The notes under the pieces are model-generated. The model had not been told where the DNA came from. It saw only the letters and a list, made by a program, of their open reading frames with translations, and did no database searches. A stretch of 64,000 bases of DNA from the IMG/VR virus record IMGVR_UViG_3300042566_001780, positions 227,688 to 291,687 of that record. One strand, given 5' to 3'. The position numbers were made by a program, and so were the translations under genes. Below, piece by piece: positions 21,801 through 32,888 of the stretch (its first letter is position 1; each line of letters begins with the position of its first letter).

Positions 21801-24800
21801 GGTAAAACGCATCAGTGGAAAGTGCTAGCTGAGTCGCAAAATGCTCAAATTAGCATGAAGACGCCAGATGCTTGTCGCGAATGGTTGAAAGAGCATCAAT
21901 GGTCCAGCGGCAATTACAATCAAGAAGGAGATTGGGAAAGTGATTGCCCAGAATGTGGTGGTTGGAAAAGCCAGGGCCATACCAAAGAGTGTAAGATTAC
22001 TGCTATGCTTTCAGAAGAACCACAGACTGTCACTGGCATAATGTCTTTGCAACATCGCGTTAGAGTGCATCTAGCTAATCGGTATTCTTACTCCCACCGA
22101 GAGTTTTGTGAAAAGCTTGAAGAAATCTTGCATGAGAATGTTTCAATGAACCAGTTGCAGCTGCCAATTGCTGCTTCACCTACCGTAATACACCAATGGC
22201 GAAAGCCGCATTGCTTTGACTGGCATGATGGACACCCAGATATCACTGACGGGGGAGGACCATATGAGACCCGGGTTTTGTTCACGAGCCCAGTTTACGT
22301 CGCAGAGTTGTTAACAGATGATGAAATTGAAATTGCCTACATGCGTTTGGCTGATAAGCAATCTTTCAGATCATTTCGAGATGGTGTTCATTTTGCAGAA
22401 CGCCACCACCAAATAAAAGGAATGGAATTATGAGTGATGCTCTAGAAATAGCAAACCGGCTTGAAGGCGTGCGCGTTCGTGAACATTATGACTTGATCCC
22501 AAAAAGGATTGCGGTTGATGAGCTACGCCGCCAGCACGCTGAAATCGAGAGCCTGCGGGCACAGCTCGAAGTTGGGCAGGCCGAAGAACGGACGTTGCGC
22601 GAGGCGCTGGCTGCTGCGGAAAACGCCAAGACGGACCCTGATGAGCCAGAGGCTGCTTGGGCTCTGATCGAGCAGCGCCATCTTGCCACACTGGCCCAAG
22701 CCGCAAAGCTATCCGCAGCGCCATCGCAGCCAGTGGCGCAGCCAACAGAGCAGGAAGCACAACTTGTGCTTGAGCGAGATTCAGCCCGCAGGGCGTATGA
22801 CCGTCAGTGTCGAGTAACCAACACGGCATACGCAAAGATCAGAGAGCTTGAGCAGGCCGCACAGCAAGCGCGGGTTGCACAGGGTGAGCCGGTTTATCAG
22901 ACCCAATCCCACGATGGGCGCTGGATCGACCTTGGGCGATCCAGCTACGATTACAACGTGCGAAATGGGCACACTGGTCGAGTGCTCTACACCTACCCAC
23001 AACAGCTTACCGAGCCTGTAACAGATGAGCAGATCAAAGAAGAGTGGTTTCACATTCACAGCTTGAGCATCTCGACGCTTGAAAAAGTAATTCTATTAGC
23101 TCGTGCTATTGAGCGCCTTCATGGAATCAAGGAGTGAATTATGTGTGAAAATACGCTTTTGCCGTGTCCTTTTTGTGGTGGAGAGCCCTACTTTGAAGGT
23201 AATGCAGCTGATTGGAAAGACGATAATCGTTATGTAGAACTGTCATTGAGGTGTTGTGCAGTAATGACCGAAGCCATTGGCTGGCGGAGAGCACGTGACA
23301 TGACAGTCAATGCTAGAACTGCAGAACTGCAAGCCAAGCTAACAAAAGCTTGGAATAATCGTAATCATTCAGATGAACCAGTGGCATGGCGCTATAAAGC
23401 TATGGCAATTGTGGATGGTGTTAGGGTACCTATTGCAACTATAGATCCCCATAGAAATGAATGGGAAATTACGCAACAGGAGCCGCGAGAACGATCGCAT
23501 CTCTCCTACCCGCTTGATTACCCTGCCATAGCCGATCATGAGGCACTTTATGCGCAACCGCAACAGGCCAGTGAGCTGATGACGGATGAGCAGGCAGACA
23601 GCGCTGGGGCGCACTCTGAAGGGCAGGGACTCGACAACATGATGAACGCGATTCATGCTGTCACGGGAGCAAAGACTATGGGTGAAGCGATGGCGCACAT
23701 GGCGGCCTACCGAAAGTATGAGCGAATCGAGGCAATTCGCTTCGCAGAGCGTCACCACAACATCAAGGGGAAGCAATGAGCCTGACTGATGAGCAGATTG
23801 ATGAAGTAGCTTCATCATACAAATCTCATGTAAATTGCGGCGAGGACTCAACGCCGGTAATTCATTACTACCACGCTGATGACTTTGCGCGTACCATCGA
23901 ATCCGTAGCCACTGCACCGCTGCTGGAGCGCATCAAAGAACTTGAACAAGAGCTCCTTGAAAGTGCTCGTCTTCATGGAATGGGATCTGAACGAGAAGCT
24001 GCGCTCATGGGTAAAGTAGATCGTCTTGAGCAAGAGTTGGCAAAAACAAAACTCACCAAGGTTGCAGCTTGGGTGAAAGAATCTGATCTCAAAGAACTTC
24101 AATCTGCCAATGGTATGAGCATTTGGGCTTTAAAAAGCCCGAAAATCTATTGGCCTGAATGCGATGTAAAGGAAAAAGGTTTTGTAGCTGTCTATACGGG
24201 TTCTCAGGTGGGTTGGGATGATGATCAAATGATTCGCTTTGCTTGGACTATTTTGGTTCAGGGAAACACTTCTGATAGCCTCGATCAAAGACTGGAAACA
24301 TTTAGGCAAAATGAAATTTTGCGAGGTAATCAATTTAGCAAGGTGCCATCGTGAATGAAAGACCTATTTGGCCTAAGCACAAGATCCAGGCAACTTTGCA
24401 TGAAATCATTCTAGATGGTGTTGCGCGAGATTTCTCTGATGAGCAAATCATCAGCGAAACCTGCAATCTGTGTGATGCTTCTATGATTCAAGTCTATCGA
24501 GATTGGTTTCATTCTCAAATGATTGAAAATGTTCGTGACTTTGTTGAGGATTATTTTGCTGAAGATTGGGCAATTGAAAAAGCTGTGCTGATGCTGACTA
24601 ACTACGAAAAGGCGCTGAAAACGTGATCGACATTGAGACTATGTCATGGCGCAAAACGTTGATTGCTTTAGCAGAACAATCAGCTCTCATGGATGTTATT
24701 CATGATCTCTATCCAGGCAAAGAAAATCGAGTTTTGCGTGATAAGTTGTGTCAACCGCATAGAGAAATCTGTGTTAGAATTCACTATCGCCGGATTGAAC

Positions 24801-27663
24801 TAGTGATTCAGCGAAATTTTTCATAAGGTGAAATAATGGATCACTTAGCTTGGTGGGAGATCATTTTGATCATTATCTGCGCTTTTGCTCCAGTTGCTAC
24901 ATTTCTTTTTGTCTATTTTAGGAAATCTTGATCATGGCTATGGATTATGAACAACTCACTCGTGAAGAACTGATTGCTAAAGTCAAGGAACTTACTGCAA
25001 ATAATCAGCGAGTAGCAGAAATCATTCTGCGAAATGATCGCGTAGACACCGTCAAATGGGCTAGTGATCTCCTGCTATCTGAAAAAGATGGCGACATGCT
25101 GGTCACTGAAGATTCTTCAATGCGACAGCAAATTGAAGAATTGAAAGCTCAGCTTGAAGAGAGCAAAAAGTCATGTAAGATTTTCTCAGGTATGCTGGTT
25201 TTCGGTCAAGATGTCGTGTTCCCAAAAGGTGAAGAGACGACTGATGAAGAGGCGTTGGCCGCAATTGAAGCTGCAGTGAAAAAGGCTAACGCAAATGAGT
25301 GAGCGCATTAGCCAAGTTAACTTCACCTGGCTGCCAAAATCGTGCCCATGTGGTGACGTGATGGATTCTGATTGCCAGAAACATGGTTGTCTATGGCAAA
25401 ATAATCCAGAACAAGTTCCACAACATTTCAGAATTCCTATAGATGAAGTTCAGCAAGAATTTGAACGCTGGGCGTCAAACAATGGAATTGAAATTTATGG
25501 TGAGTGGGAAGGCCAAACGTACATAAGTTCAACAGAGCGTTATTCTTATGAAGTTGATCAACGCGCTGCAAAAACACGACTAGCTCTCAAACTTTTCAAA
25601 CAAAGAAAAGCCGAACTTGGTGTAATTTACAACTACATAGCGCATGCGCTGATTGATCTTCAGGGCAATGATGCCTCAGGTTGCAAATACCGTTTGAAAA
25701 TTCTTTTGGAAGATCTTGAAAAAGCTAAAGAATCTGTTGTACAATGACATCATCAACCACTCAACCTTAAGGATTTTTCATGTTGAAAGTTTTCATCCTC
25801 GCTGCTCTCACTGCTACTTCCGCTCATGCCGGCATGTTTGATTCTGCAGCCACTAGCAATTGGCCAACGAAGCCAACAAAGAAGTATAAGCTGGAAATGT
25901 ACGGCTATGATGCTCGTGCCTATGAATTCCAAACTGACAATGGTATGAAATGCGTTGCAGTTTTTCCTGGCGGCGACGCCAAAGGTTGGCAACTGCAATG
26001 TCTTCCTGTCACCAATGCTCAACCCGCGAAGTGAACATCATGAAAAAGATTCTTTTTGCAATTGCTATTTCGCTTGCTGCAATCACTGCATTTGCGCAAA
26101 CGACCACAATCACTCTCACCAAAGAACAAGCTGCAGCACTGGCCCAAGCACAGCCTACTACTGCAGCAAATGTTAGTGAAACTGTTCGCCAGGAAGCAAG
26201 TGCATGGGGAGAACTTGGCGCAAACATGGGCAAAGCCTTGGTAGCTGCAGCCAAAGAAATTGGCGTGGCTGCCAATGAATTTTCTGAGACAAATCTTGGG
26301 AAAATCACTGTAGCAATTGTCGTCTATAAGTTGATTGGCGAAAGTATTATCGGATTTGTAGTTGGATTTTTGCTTCTTGTATTCTTCTTTGGAATTGCAT
26401 TGTGGTTCCTGCTTACCAAAAGTTTTTATGATTGTGAATACGAACACGTACCATTTCTTTGGGGAATGACTACTCGAAAGATGTTGCGGAAGTTTTATGC
26501 ACCCAAAAACAATCACGGTGAAATTGCTGCAGCTCGAATGATTGGTGCTTTGGTATCAATTATCATTGGATTGTTTGCTGGTCTTAACGTGATGTTTTGA
26601 AAGAGAAAATCATGAAGCGTACTCAAGGTCCTTGGATTGTTGTCAAAGAGGACGTTACCCAAATGTCTGATGGTATTATTGTTGGGTCATTGAATGGATA
26701 TGAAGTTCGACCGCTGGGTCAACAACCATTGGGAGAAGAGCTTCTTGATCTTGCCCTAATTCAACAAGCGCCAGAACTTCTTGAGCAACTTGAGACTTTG
26801 GTTAAGAAAGTTCAAAATCATATGGTTCATGGAACTTCACTTGATACGCAAGACCTTTTCTTGGCAAAAAGGGTCATTTATCAAGCACGTAAGCCAATTG
26901 ATCTTGATTCCAATGCTGAAGCATATCAAAAGCAATGGGATGAGCGACTTCACTTTTCGGAGGAATAATGCCTTCTATTCGGAAAATTAGATTGCGCCAA
27001 AAGCGAAAAGGGTCTACGGTCGGCAAGCGATGTAGCACTTATCAAGCTGGTTGTGTAATTTGCGACACTTGGAAATTTTTTGACATACATAAGAAGTTTC
27101 CAAGTCACGATGAGCTCTTCAAATTCATGGAAAATAATCATGGCTGATTTCAACAAAGAAGATGTGCAAGGCCCGCCGCGCTGGCGTGAATACCGTGGCG
27201 AAATGATTTTGATTTTCCCAAATGGAGAAATTCAGCTCAAAGGTTTCAATGGGTGGAGTTTCTCTTCATTTTGGGGAGTTATTTGCCACATTGATGAAGA
27301 GCTGTCACCGTAATGGGACTCACGATCTATAATGGTACGATGGATGGTGCTATGACTCCAATTTGCAATTGTTGTGGCATCATGCTTTGCTGGGACATTA
27401 GCGAAGAAGAAGCTCTTGGTGAAGATAATGAATTTTGGGAAAATTGGATTTGCCAAGAGTGTAATGACGGTGTCAGACTTAGTTTGAAAGATTGGCGAAT
27501 TTCAAAAGGATTAAAAGTGGAAGAAGATCTGGCTAAGGTTGTTGAAGAGCAAGAAGCTGTGAAAGCTGATATTGCATACAACGACTTCAAATCATCTGGT
27601 GAAATCTATAAGTATGAAGCTGCTCGAGCACTCGCTGAGCAAATCAAATGGCAAGAAAATTGA
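18871..27663 (+). other. Second block of accessory ORFs (19091-19441, 19895-20656, 21170-21463, 21651-22433, 22430-23137, 23776-24354, 25295-25747, 25780-26034 secreted, 26040-26600 membrane, 26597-26968, 27313-27663 and others)
   Basis: Coupled ORFs on one strand; 25780 and 26040 start with signal-peptide-like sequences. Confidence 0.65.
23141..23779 (+). CDS. Lar-like zinc-finger domain fused to accessory modules
   Basis: LLPCPFCGGE ... AWNNR, typical of the restriction-alleviation Lar family. Confidence 0.6.
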   Translation: MCENTLLPCPFCGGEPYFEGNAADWKDDNRYVELSLRCCAVMTEAIGWRRARDMTVNARTAELQAKLTKAWNNRNHSDEPVAWRYKAMAIVDGVRVPIATIDPHRNEWEITQQEPRERSHLSYPLDYPAIADHEALYAQPQQASELMTDEQADSAGAHSEGQGLDNMMNAIHAVTGAKTMGEAMAHMAAYRKYERIEAIRFAERHHNIKGKQ

Positions 27664-27706
27664 TGTGATCTTCTCGGGTTGAAGGTTTTTGGTGTATAAT
27701 TCATCC

Positions 27707-29227
27707 ATGAACACCAAAACCTTCACCCCCTCTCCTCAACAATCTGCTTACTTTTCGTGGATTGTTTCTGACATCGGTTCTGCAGTTCTTGAAGCTGTGG
27801 CAGGTGCAGGAAAGACCACTACATTGGTACATGGTCTTTCCCTCATGAAAGGCTACAAGTTCTTTGGAGCCTACAACAAAAAGATTTGCGAAGAAATTGA
27901 GAAGAAGACTGTTGGTATTGAGAACCTGACAGTGTCTACTTTTCATGCTGCCGGCTTCAAAGCTTGGCGCAAAGCAGCTCCAAATGTTCGGGTTGATGCT
28001 GACAAGTGCAAGCGCATTTATCGTGAAGCTTGTGAACGTAATCCTGAAGCAAATTATCAATTGGTTGAAGGTCCTGTCCTTCATCTGGTTTCTCTTGCAA
28101 AACAATCTGCGATTGGGATTGCAAGCAAATCGATGGTCTCAGTTGACAATTGGCTCCACTTGATTGATCACTTTGATATTGAGGTCTTCAATGAAGAAAC
28201 TGGAGTCGACAACACCAAGTTGATCATTCAATTGGCACGCAAAACGCTAGAAGCATCGATTGCTGAAAATACTCGTGTTGTCGATTTTGACGACATGATC
28301 TATGCTCCGTTGTATCACAATGTGAAAATGTTCCAGTTTGATTGGGTCTTGATTGACGAAGCTCAAGATACTAATGAAACGCGTCGATTGCTTGCTCTGC
28401 GCATGTTGAAGCGTGGTGGTCGGATGGTAGCAGTCGGTGATCCGAGACAAGCGATTTATGGTTTCGCAGGCGCTGATTCCAACTCCCTGCGTCTGATTGC
28501 GGAATCGGTGAATGCAAAGCAGATTCCTCTAACAATCACTTATCGGTGCCCAAAGAAAGTGGTTGATTATGCTCATCAATGGGTGTCTCACATCCAAGCT
28601 GCAGAGACTGCCCCTGAAGGTGAAGTGACATCGATTGACGTTGCTGAACTCGGGAATGTCGCAAAACCCGGTGATGCTATTCTCTGCCGGTTCAATGCCC
28701 CACTGATTAAGCACGTCTACGCCTTCATTGCTCAAGGTATTCCTGCTAAAGTCGAAGGTCGTGAAATTGGTTCTGGCCTGAAGACTTTGGCATCTCGGTG
28801 GAAGGTTCGTAAGCTGTCTACTTTGGTTGAAAAGCTGGATGCTTATCGTGAACGCGAATCCAACAAGTTCCGCGTAAAAGAACAAGAGTCAAAGGCTGCA
28901 GCAATTGAAGACAAAGTGGACTGCTTGAAGGTTATCGTGGATCGTGTCATGAAGATTGATCCTGATTGCAAAAAGCCAGTTGAGCGTATTTGCTCCGAGA
29001 TTGATGCAATCTTCACCGAAGATGGAAGTGCAAAGGTTGTTCTTCTGTCTAGCATTCATAAAAGCAAGGGACGTGAGTGGTCTAACGTGTTTCTTCTCCA
29101 AACAGGTCCTAGCGCGTGGGCGCGGAAAGAATGGGAACAGGAGCAAGAAGACAATCTTTGCTATGTTGCAGCCACCCGCGCAATGGAAAAGCTGATTTTG
29201 GTAGACATCAGCAAAGAAGGCAAATGA
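27707..29227 (+). CDS. UvrD/Rep-family SF1 helicase
   Basis: AVAGAGKTT, LIDEAQD, VGDPRQAIYGF, SIHKSKGRE, YVAATRA. Confidence 0.92.
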   Translation: MNTKTFTPSPQQSAYFSWIVSDIGSAVLEAVAGAGKTTTLVHGLSLMKGYKFFGAYNKKICEEIEKKTVGIENLTVSTFHAAGFKAWRKAAPNVRVDADKCKRIYREACERNPEANYQLVEGPVLHLVSLAKQSAIGIASKSMVSVDNWLHLIDHFDIEVFNEETGVDNTKLIIQLARKTLEASIAENTRVVDFDDMIYAPLYHNVKMFQFDWVLIDEAQDTNETRRLLALRMLKRGGRMVAVGDPRQAIYGFAGADSNSLRLIAESVNAKQIPLTITYRCPKKVVDYAHQWVSHIQAAETAPEGEVTSIDVAELGNVAKPGDAILCRFNAPLIKHVYAFIAQGIPAKVEGREIGSGLKTLASRWKVRKLSTLVEKLDAYRERESNKFRVKEQESKAAAIEDKVDCLKVIVDRVMKIDPDCKKPVERICSEIDAIFTEDGSAKVVLLSSIHKSKGREWSNVFLLQTGPSAWARKEWEQEQEDNLCYVAATRAMEKLILVDISKEGK

Positions 29228-29290
29228 CAATTATCCTCTGGGGCCTATAGGTGAGGCTCAGAGGTGTTTTTCTAAGAAAGTAATAGAGCT

Positions 29291-29548
29291 ATGTGTACCG
29301 AACAAACAGCACTCCCATGCCCCTTCTGTGGAGCTGAGATCGATCTTTCTGATGAAGACGTTCTCTACCCAACTGGAGCATGGAAGACGCATGAAAGCGG
29401 ATTTCGCGGCTACCTTAGGCCAAATGATCCAACTAGAGAAGGTCTAGTGTGGAGCATACACTGCAATGTCATCTACGGTGGATGCTCCGCAGAAATGAGT
29501 GCAGATTCCAAAGAAGAAGTTGTTCAGAAATGGAATCGGCGAGCTTAG
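29291..29548 (+). CDS. Lar-like zinc-finger protein
   Basis: LPCPFCG ... C....GGC ... KWNRR. Confidence 0.65.
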   Translation: MCTEQTALPCPFCGAEIDLSDEDVLYPTGAWKTHESGFRGYLRPNDPTREGLVWSIHCNVIYGGCSAEMSADSKEEVVQKWNRRA

Positions 29549-30426
29549 AAATAGCGATTGAATTCTGCTCTGAAATGCCCTTGGACCTTTTCACGGATCA
29601 AGGGCATTTGTTCTTTGATGTACAACGTTAACACCTTGTTGATGTTTCCCATGAGGTGAAACTCACTTCCTATTTGTGGCAAACCTAAAAGGTTAGTTAA
29701 TTTGTCAGCATCAATGGAGAAAGTACCTCCAACCTCTTTTGGTGCAAAATCTAATGAAGAAATTGGATTATGCGAACAATCACACGTTTCATTAATTATT
29801 TTTGGGATTCCCTTTAGGGAAGTTATTTTGTTGTGTGCACAATGATAGCTATTGCCTACCTCTTTTGGGCCGCCCTTCAGTGATTCTATCTGGTTTCTAG
29901 AGCAATCAAAATGTTCACCTACTTCCCGCGGACACCCAATTAACGATTGCAATTTGTTGTTAGCTATAGAGAAAGTTTCACCGACTGCAGTTGGAGCACC
30001 TTCTAATGAAACTAATGAATTTTCATCAGCATAGAAAGCTCCATAGATTGTGTCTGGTGCACCAACCAAATTAGTCAATTGATTACCACCGCAGTCATAC
30101 CAATTCCCAACTGACTTTGGCCCATGCTCCAAGCTTTTTAATTTGTTGTATCTGCAAAAGAATGATGCTCCTACACTAATTGGACATCCTTTCAGTGTTT
30201 TCATTTTGCTATGAGAACAATCAAATGATCCAGTTATATGCCCAAACTGAATAGGGATTTGGCTAGCTTTTGCTAACTCTACATGGTAAGATAGATCTAC
30301 ATCACCATTGACATCAACTGTTAGATCATCATTGATGATATAATTTTCAATTTCCCATTTTTCAAGAAGATCAGCAATAGCTTCTTTGGTGTTGAATTTT
30401 GATTCGTACAGAGACGTGAGTTTCAT
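29545..30426 (-). CDS. 22-aa leucine-rich-repeat protein (LxSLxGxPxxVGGxFxCSxN)
   Basis: About 8 repeats; N-terminal MKLTSLYES and INDDLTVDVNGDV cap. Confidence 0.8.
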   Translation of the reverse strand: MKLTSLYESKFNTKEAIADLLEKWEIENYIINDDLTVDVNGDVDLSYHVELAKASQIPIQFGHITGSFDCSHSKMKTLKGCPISVGASFFCRYNKLKSLEHGPKSVGNWYDCGGNQLTNLVGAPDTIYGAFYADENSLVSLEGAPTAVGETFSIANNKLQSLIGCPREVGEHFDCSRNQIESLKGGPKEVGNSYHCAHNKITSLKGIPKIINETCDCSHNPISSLDFAPKEVGGTFSIDADKLTNLLGLPQIGSEFHLMGNINKVLTLYIKEQMPLIREKVQGHFRAEFNRYF

Positions 30427-30431
30427 AGTGC

Positions 30432-30935
30432 TTAATGTGAATTGACAAAAATTGGATAGAAGACTTTTTCTTTTAGTTCTTCAACATCTTTTTCAGTGAT
30501 TGCTGGATTTTCACTGATCTCAAGAGAATCAGCCCCTTTTGGTGCACCAGCTAAAGTTATCAATGAGTTGTATGATGCATCATACATACCGCTAACTTCT
30601 CTTGGTCCTCCCCTCAAGTCTGAGAGCTTATTCACCCGACAGTGAAATTCTCCATCAACCTCTAATGGAGCTCCTTTAAGTGACTTAAGATTATTCTCAT
30701 TAACAGTGAATGATCCTTTAGTGAATTGCTGTGCCCCAACTAATGAGACTAACTTGTTATTGTCGAGATCAATATCGCCAGTGATAAGTTCAGGAAATCC
30801 TTCTAATGTTTCTATTTCATTGAACATTACCATGAAGTCGCCGTGAACTTCGTTTGGGCATCCAACTAGACTCTTCAATCCACAATTTTGCATTGAAAAA
30901 TAACCGTCTACTTTGCCAAACTTGAATGGAAGATA
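30432..30935 (-). pseudogene. 5'-truncated LRR paralogue cut by IS607
   Basis: Frame extends upstream of the Met as YLPFKFGKVDGYFS (cf. YLPIQFGKITGSF in the paralogue) up to the IS left end; N-terminal leader and cap are missing. Confidence 0.7.
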
Positions 30936-30995
30936 TCATTTTTAGATTCAAATCTCTATAAATAGAAATATAGATTCAATAAATCATTTATCAAT

Positions 30996-31601
30996 ATGAT
31001 CAAACTTAGAAAATTTGCTGCTGATCTTGGTATTTCTCGCATGACCCTTTGGAACTGGAAAAAAGCAGGAAAGATCCAGTTCCACAAAATTGGCTCAATG
31101 AATTACATTGATGTCGATACATATAACAAATTCCTTGGCATAAAAGCAGTAAAAGAGGAGCGTATTGTTATTTATTGCCGAGTCTCATCTACTGCAAATA
31201 AGGCAAATTTAGAAACTCAATCTGAGAGATTGATTTCATATTGCAATGCAAAAGGTTATCGAGTCAGTAAAGTAGTGACTGAATTCGGTTCCGGTCTAAA
31301 TGATAAACGTCCAAAGTTAGAAAAGCTATTGAAAGAGCAAGATTTTACAAAATTAGTAGTTGAACATAAAGATAGACTGACTAGATTTGGATTCAACTAC
31401 ATAGAGCAACTGCTTGCAGTAAATGGAATCCAAATTGAAGTTGTGAATAATGTTGAGTCAGACAAAGAAGACATTGTTCAAGATTTCGTATCGGTGATTA
31501 CTTCTTTTTATGCTAGAATTTACGGGCAACGATGTAGTAAGCGGCATACTGAAAAATTAGTGCAGGATTTAGCGCTCAATTCGGAGAAATCTGCTAAATA
31601 A
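30996..31601 (+). CDS. tnpA: IS607 serine recombinase transposase
   Basis: N-terminal HTH (LGISRMTLWNW), IYCRVSS, GSGLNDKRPKL, EHKDRLTRFG, FYARIYG. Confidence 0.92.
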   Translation: MIKLRKFAADLGISRMTLWNWKKAGKIQFHKIGSMNYIDVDTYNKFLGIKAVKEERIVIYCRVSSTANKANLETQSERLISYCNAKGYRVSKVVTEFGSGLNDKRPKLEKLLKEQDFTKLVVEHKDRLTRFGFNYIEQLLAVNGIQIEVVNNVESDKEDIVQDFVSVITSFYARIYGQRCSKRHTEKLVQDLALNSEKSAK

Positions 31602-31625
31602 GTGTATAGATCAATATAACAAATT

Positions 31626-32861
31626 ATGGCTGTACCAGTTCTAAAAGCTTTCAAATATCGAATATATCCAAATAAGGAGCAGGAGTCCTACCTGCTCCAA
31701 AATTTTGGATGTGTTCGCTTTGTTTGGAACCAGTTGGTAGCCAACTTCAATTCATTCTCAAAAGAAGGTCCAAATCGGCCAATGAATGAAAAGATATTGA
31801 AGGATAATGAACTATATCCTTGGTTAAAAGAGGCGATAAGTTATGCATTGCAGCAAAAGCGAATGGATTTTGATGAGCTGAAGAAACAGTTCTTCAATAA
31901 AGGTCGTAAAGTCAAATTAGGCAGGCCCAAATTCAAAAGACGAGGTAGAAATGAGTCATTCAGAATTCCTGCTGCTTCAATGTACCTAGAAAATTTTGAC
32001 AAAATCAAAGATGGGCGTATCAAATTGCCGAAAATGTCGCCTATGAAAATTGTCATAGATCGGCCTTTTACTGGCAAACCCAAATCGGTCACAGTCTCTA
32101 AAAATGCAAGTGGACAATATTTTGTTTCAATTTTAGTCGAAGAAGACATAGAGTTGAAACAAAATACCGGTCGCTCAATCGGTATTGATCTTGGTTTGAA
32201 AGATTTGCTCATCTTAAGTGATGGCACAAAAGTCTCCAATCCAAGATGGTTTAGAGAAAACCAATCTAAACTAAAGCGAGCACAGCAACATTTAAGTCGC
32301 AAGATAAAAGGTTCAAATAGATACAATAGGCAGAAAATCAAGGTAGCCAAAATCTACAGAGATGTGACAAATCAACGAAAGTTTGTTTATCACAACTTGT
32401 CAAGTTGGCTAGTTGATAACTATGACACTATTTGTACAGAGAACCTTAAAGTGAAGAATATGGTGAAGAATCGCAGTTTGGCAAAGTCGATACAAGATGC
32501 AAGTTGGTCTACGTTCATATCTATGTTAGATTACAAATCTCGTTGGTACGGTCGCACATTCCATAAGATAGACACCTGGTTCCCATCTAGTAAGACATGT
32601 TCTTGCTGTGGACATAAAATGGAATCGATGGATCTATCTGTGAGAGAATGGACTTGTCCATCTTGCAATACGCACCATGATCGTGACTTAAATGCAGCCA
32701 CAAACATACTAAATGAAGGTATTAAAGACCTTTATGACATGACCTCGGCTGAATTAACCGAGTACAGACGTGGAGAGGCAATAAGACCCAAGGAAGTTCT
32801 TCCAAAGGCAGCTTCAGTGAAACGTCTAGTTAGTTTTATAGATTTTTATAAAACGGCGTAA
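31626..32861 (+). CDS. tnpB: RNA-guided endonuclease TnpB
   Basis: KAFKYRIYP, RuvC motifs GIDLG / ENL / DRDLNAA intact, zinc finger CSCC..CPSC. Confidence 0.93.
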   Translation: MAVPVLKAFKYRIYPNKEQESYLLQNFGCVRFVWNQLVANFNSFSKEGPNRPMNEKILKDNELYPWLKEAISYALQQKRMDFDELKKQFFNKGRKVKLGRPKFKRRGRNESFRIPAASMYLENFDKIKDGRIKLPKMSPMKIVIDRPFTGKPKSVTVSKNASGQYFVSILVEEDIELKQNTGRSIGIDLGLKDLLILSDGTKVSNPRWFRENQSKLKRAQQHLSRKIKGSNRYNRQKIKVAKIYRDVTNQRKFVYHNLSSWLVDNYDTICTENLKVKNMVKNRSLAKSIQDASWSTFISMLDYKSRWYGRTFHKIDTWFPSSKTCSCCGHKMESMDLSVREWTCPSCNTHHDRDLNAATNILNEGIKDLYDMTSAELTEYRRGEAIRPKEVLPKAASVKRLVSFIDFYKTA

Positions 32862-32888
32862 TTATTCACCAACTTCTTTTGGAGCTCC
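32740..32888 (+). ncRNA. Putative TnpB omega-RNA scaffold plus guide (boundaries approximate)
   Basis: Hairpins CTCGG..CCGAG and GTTTTATA..TATAAAAC and an ACGT..ACGT pairing overlap the tnpB 3' end, where omega-RNAs normally lie. Confidence 0.5.

Larger units (their letters stand above)
30936..32868 (+). mobile_element. IS607-family element (tnpA + tnpB); ends approximate
   Basis: Serine recombinase followed by TnpB; short TAGATT repeats near both ends; both flanking LRR genes are truncated at the junctions. Confidence 0.85.

Noticed and set aside
19032-27700. GGTTGA as a MotA-like -30 box
   Set aside because: Spacing to the -10 box varies between sites; better explained as inverted-repeat arms
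30936-32868. IStron (self-splicing IS607)
   Set aside because: The left end is only about 60 nt with no group I intron core, and the element is antisense to the interrupted genes
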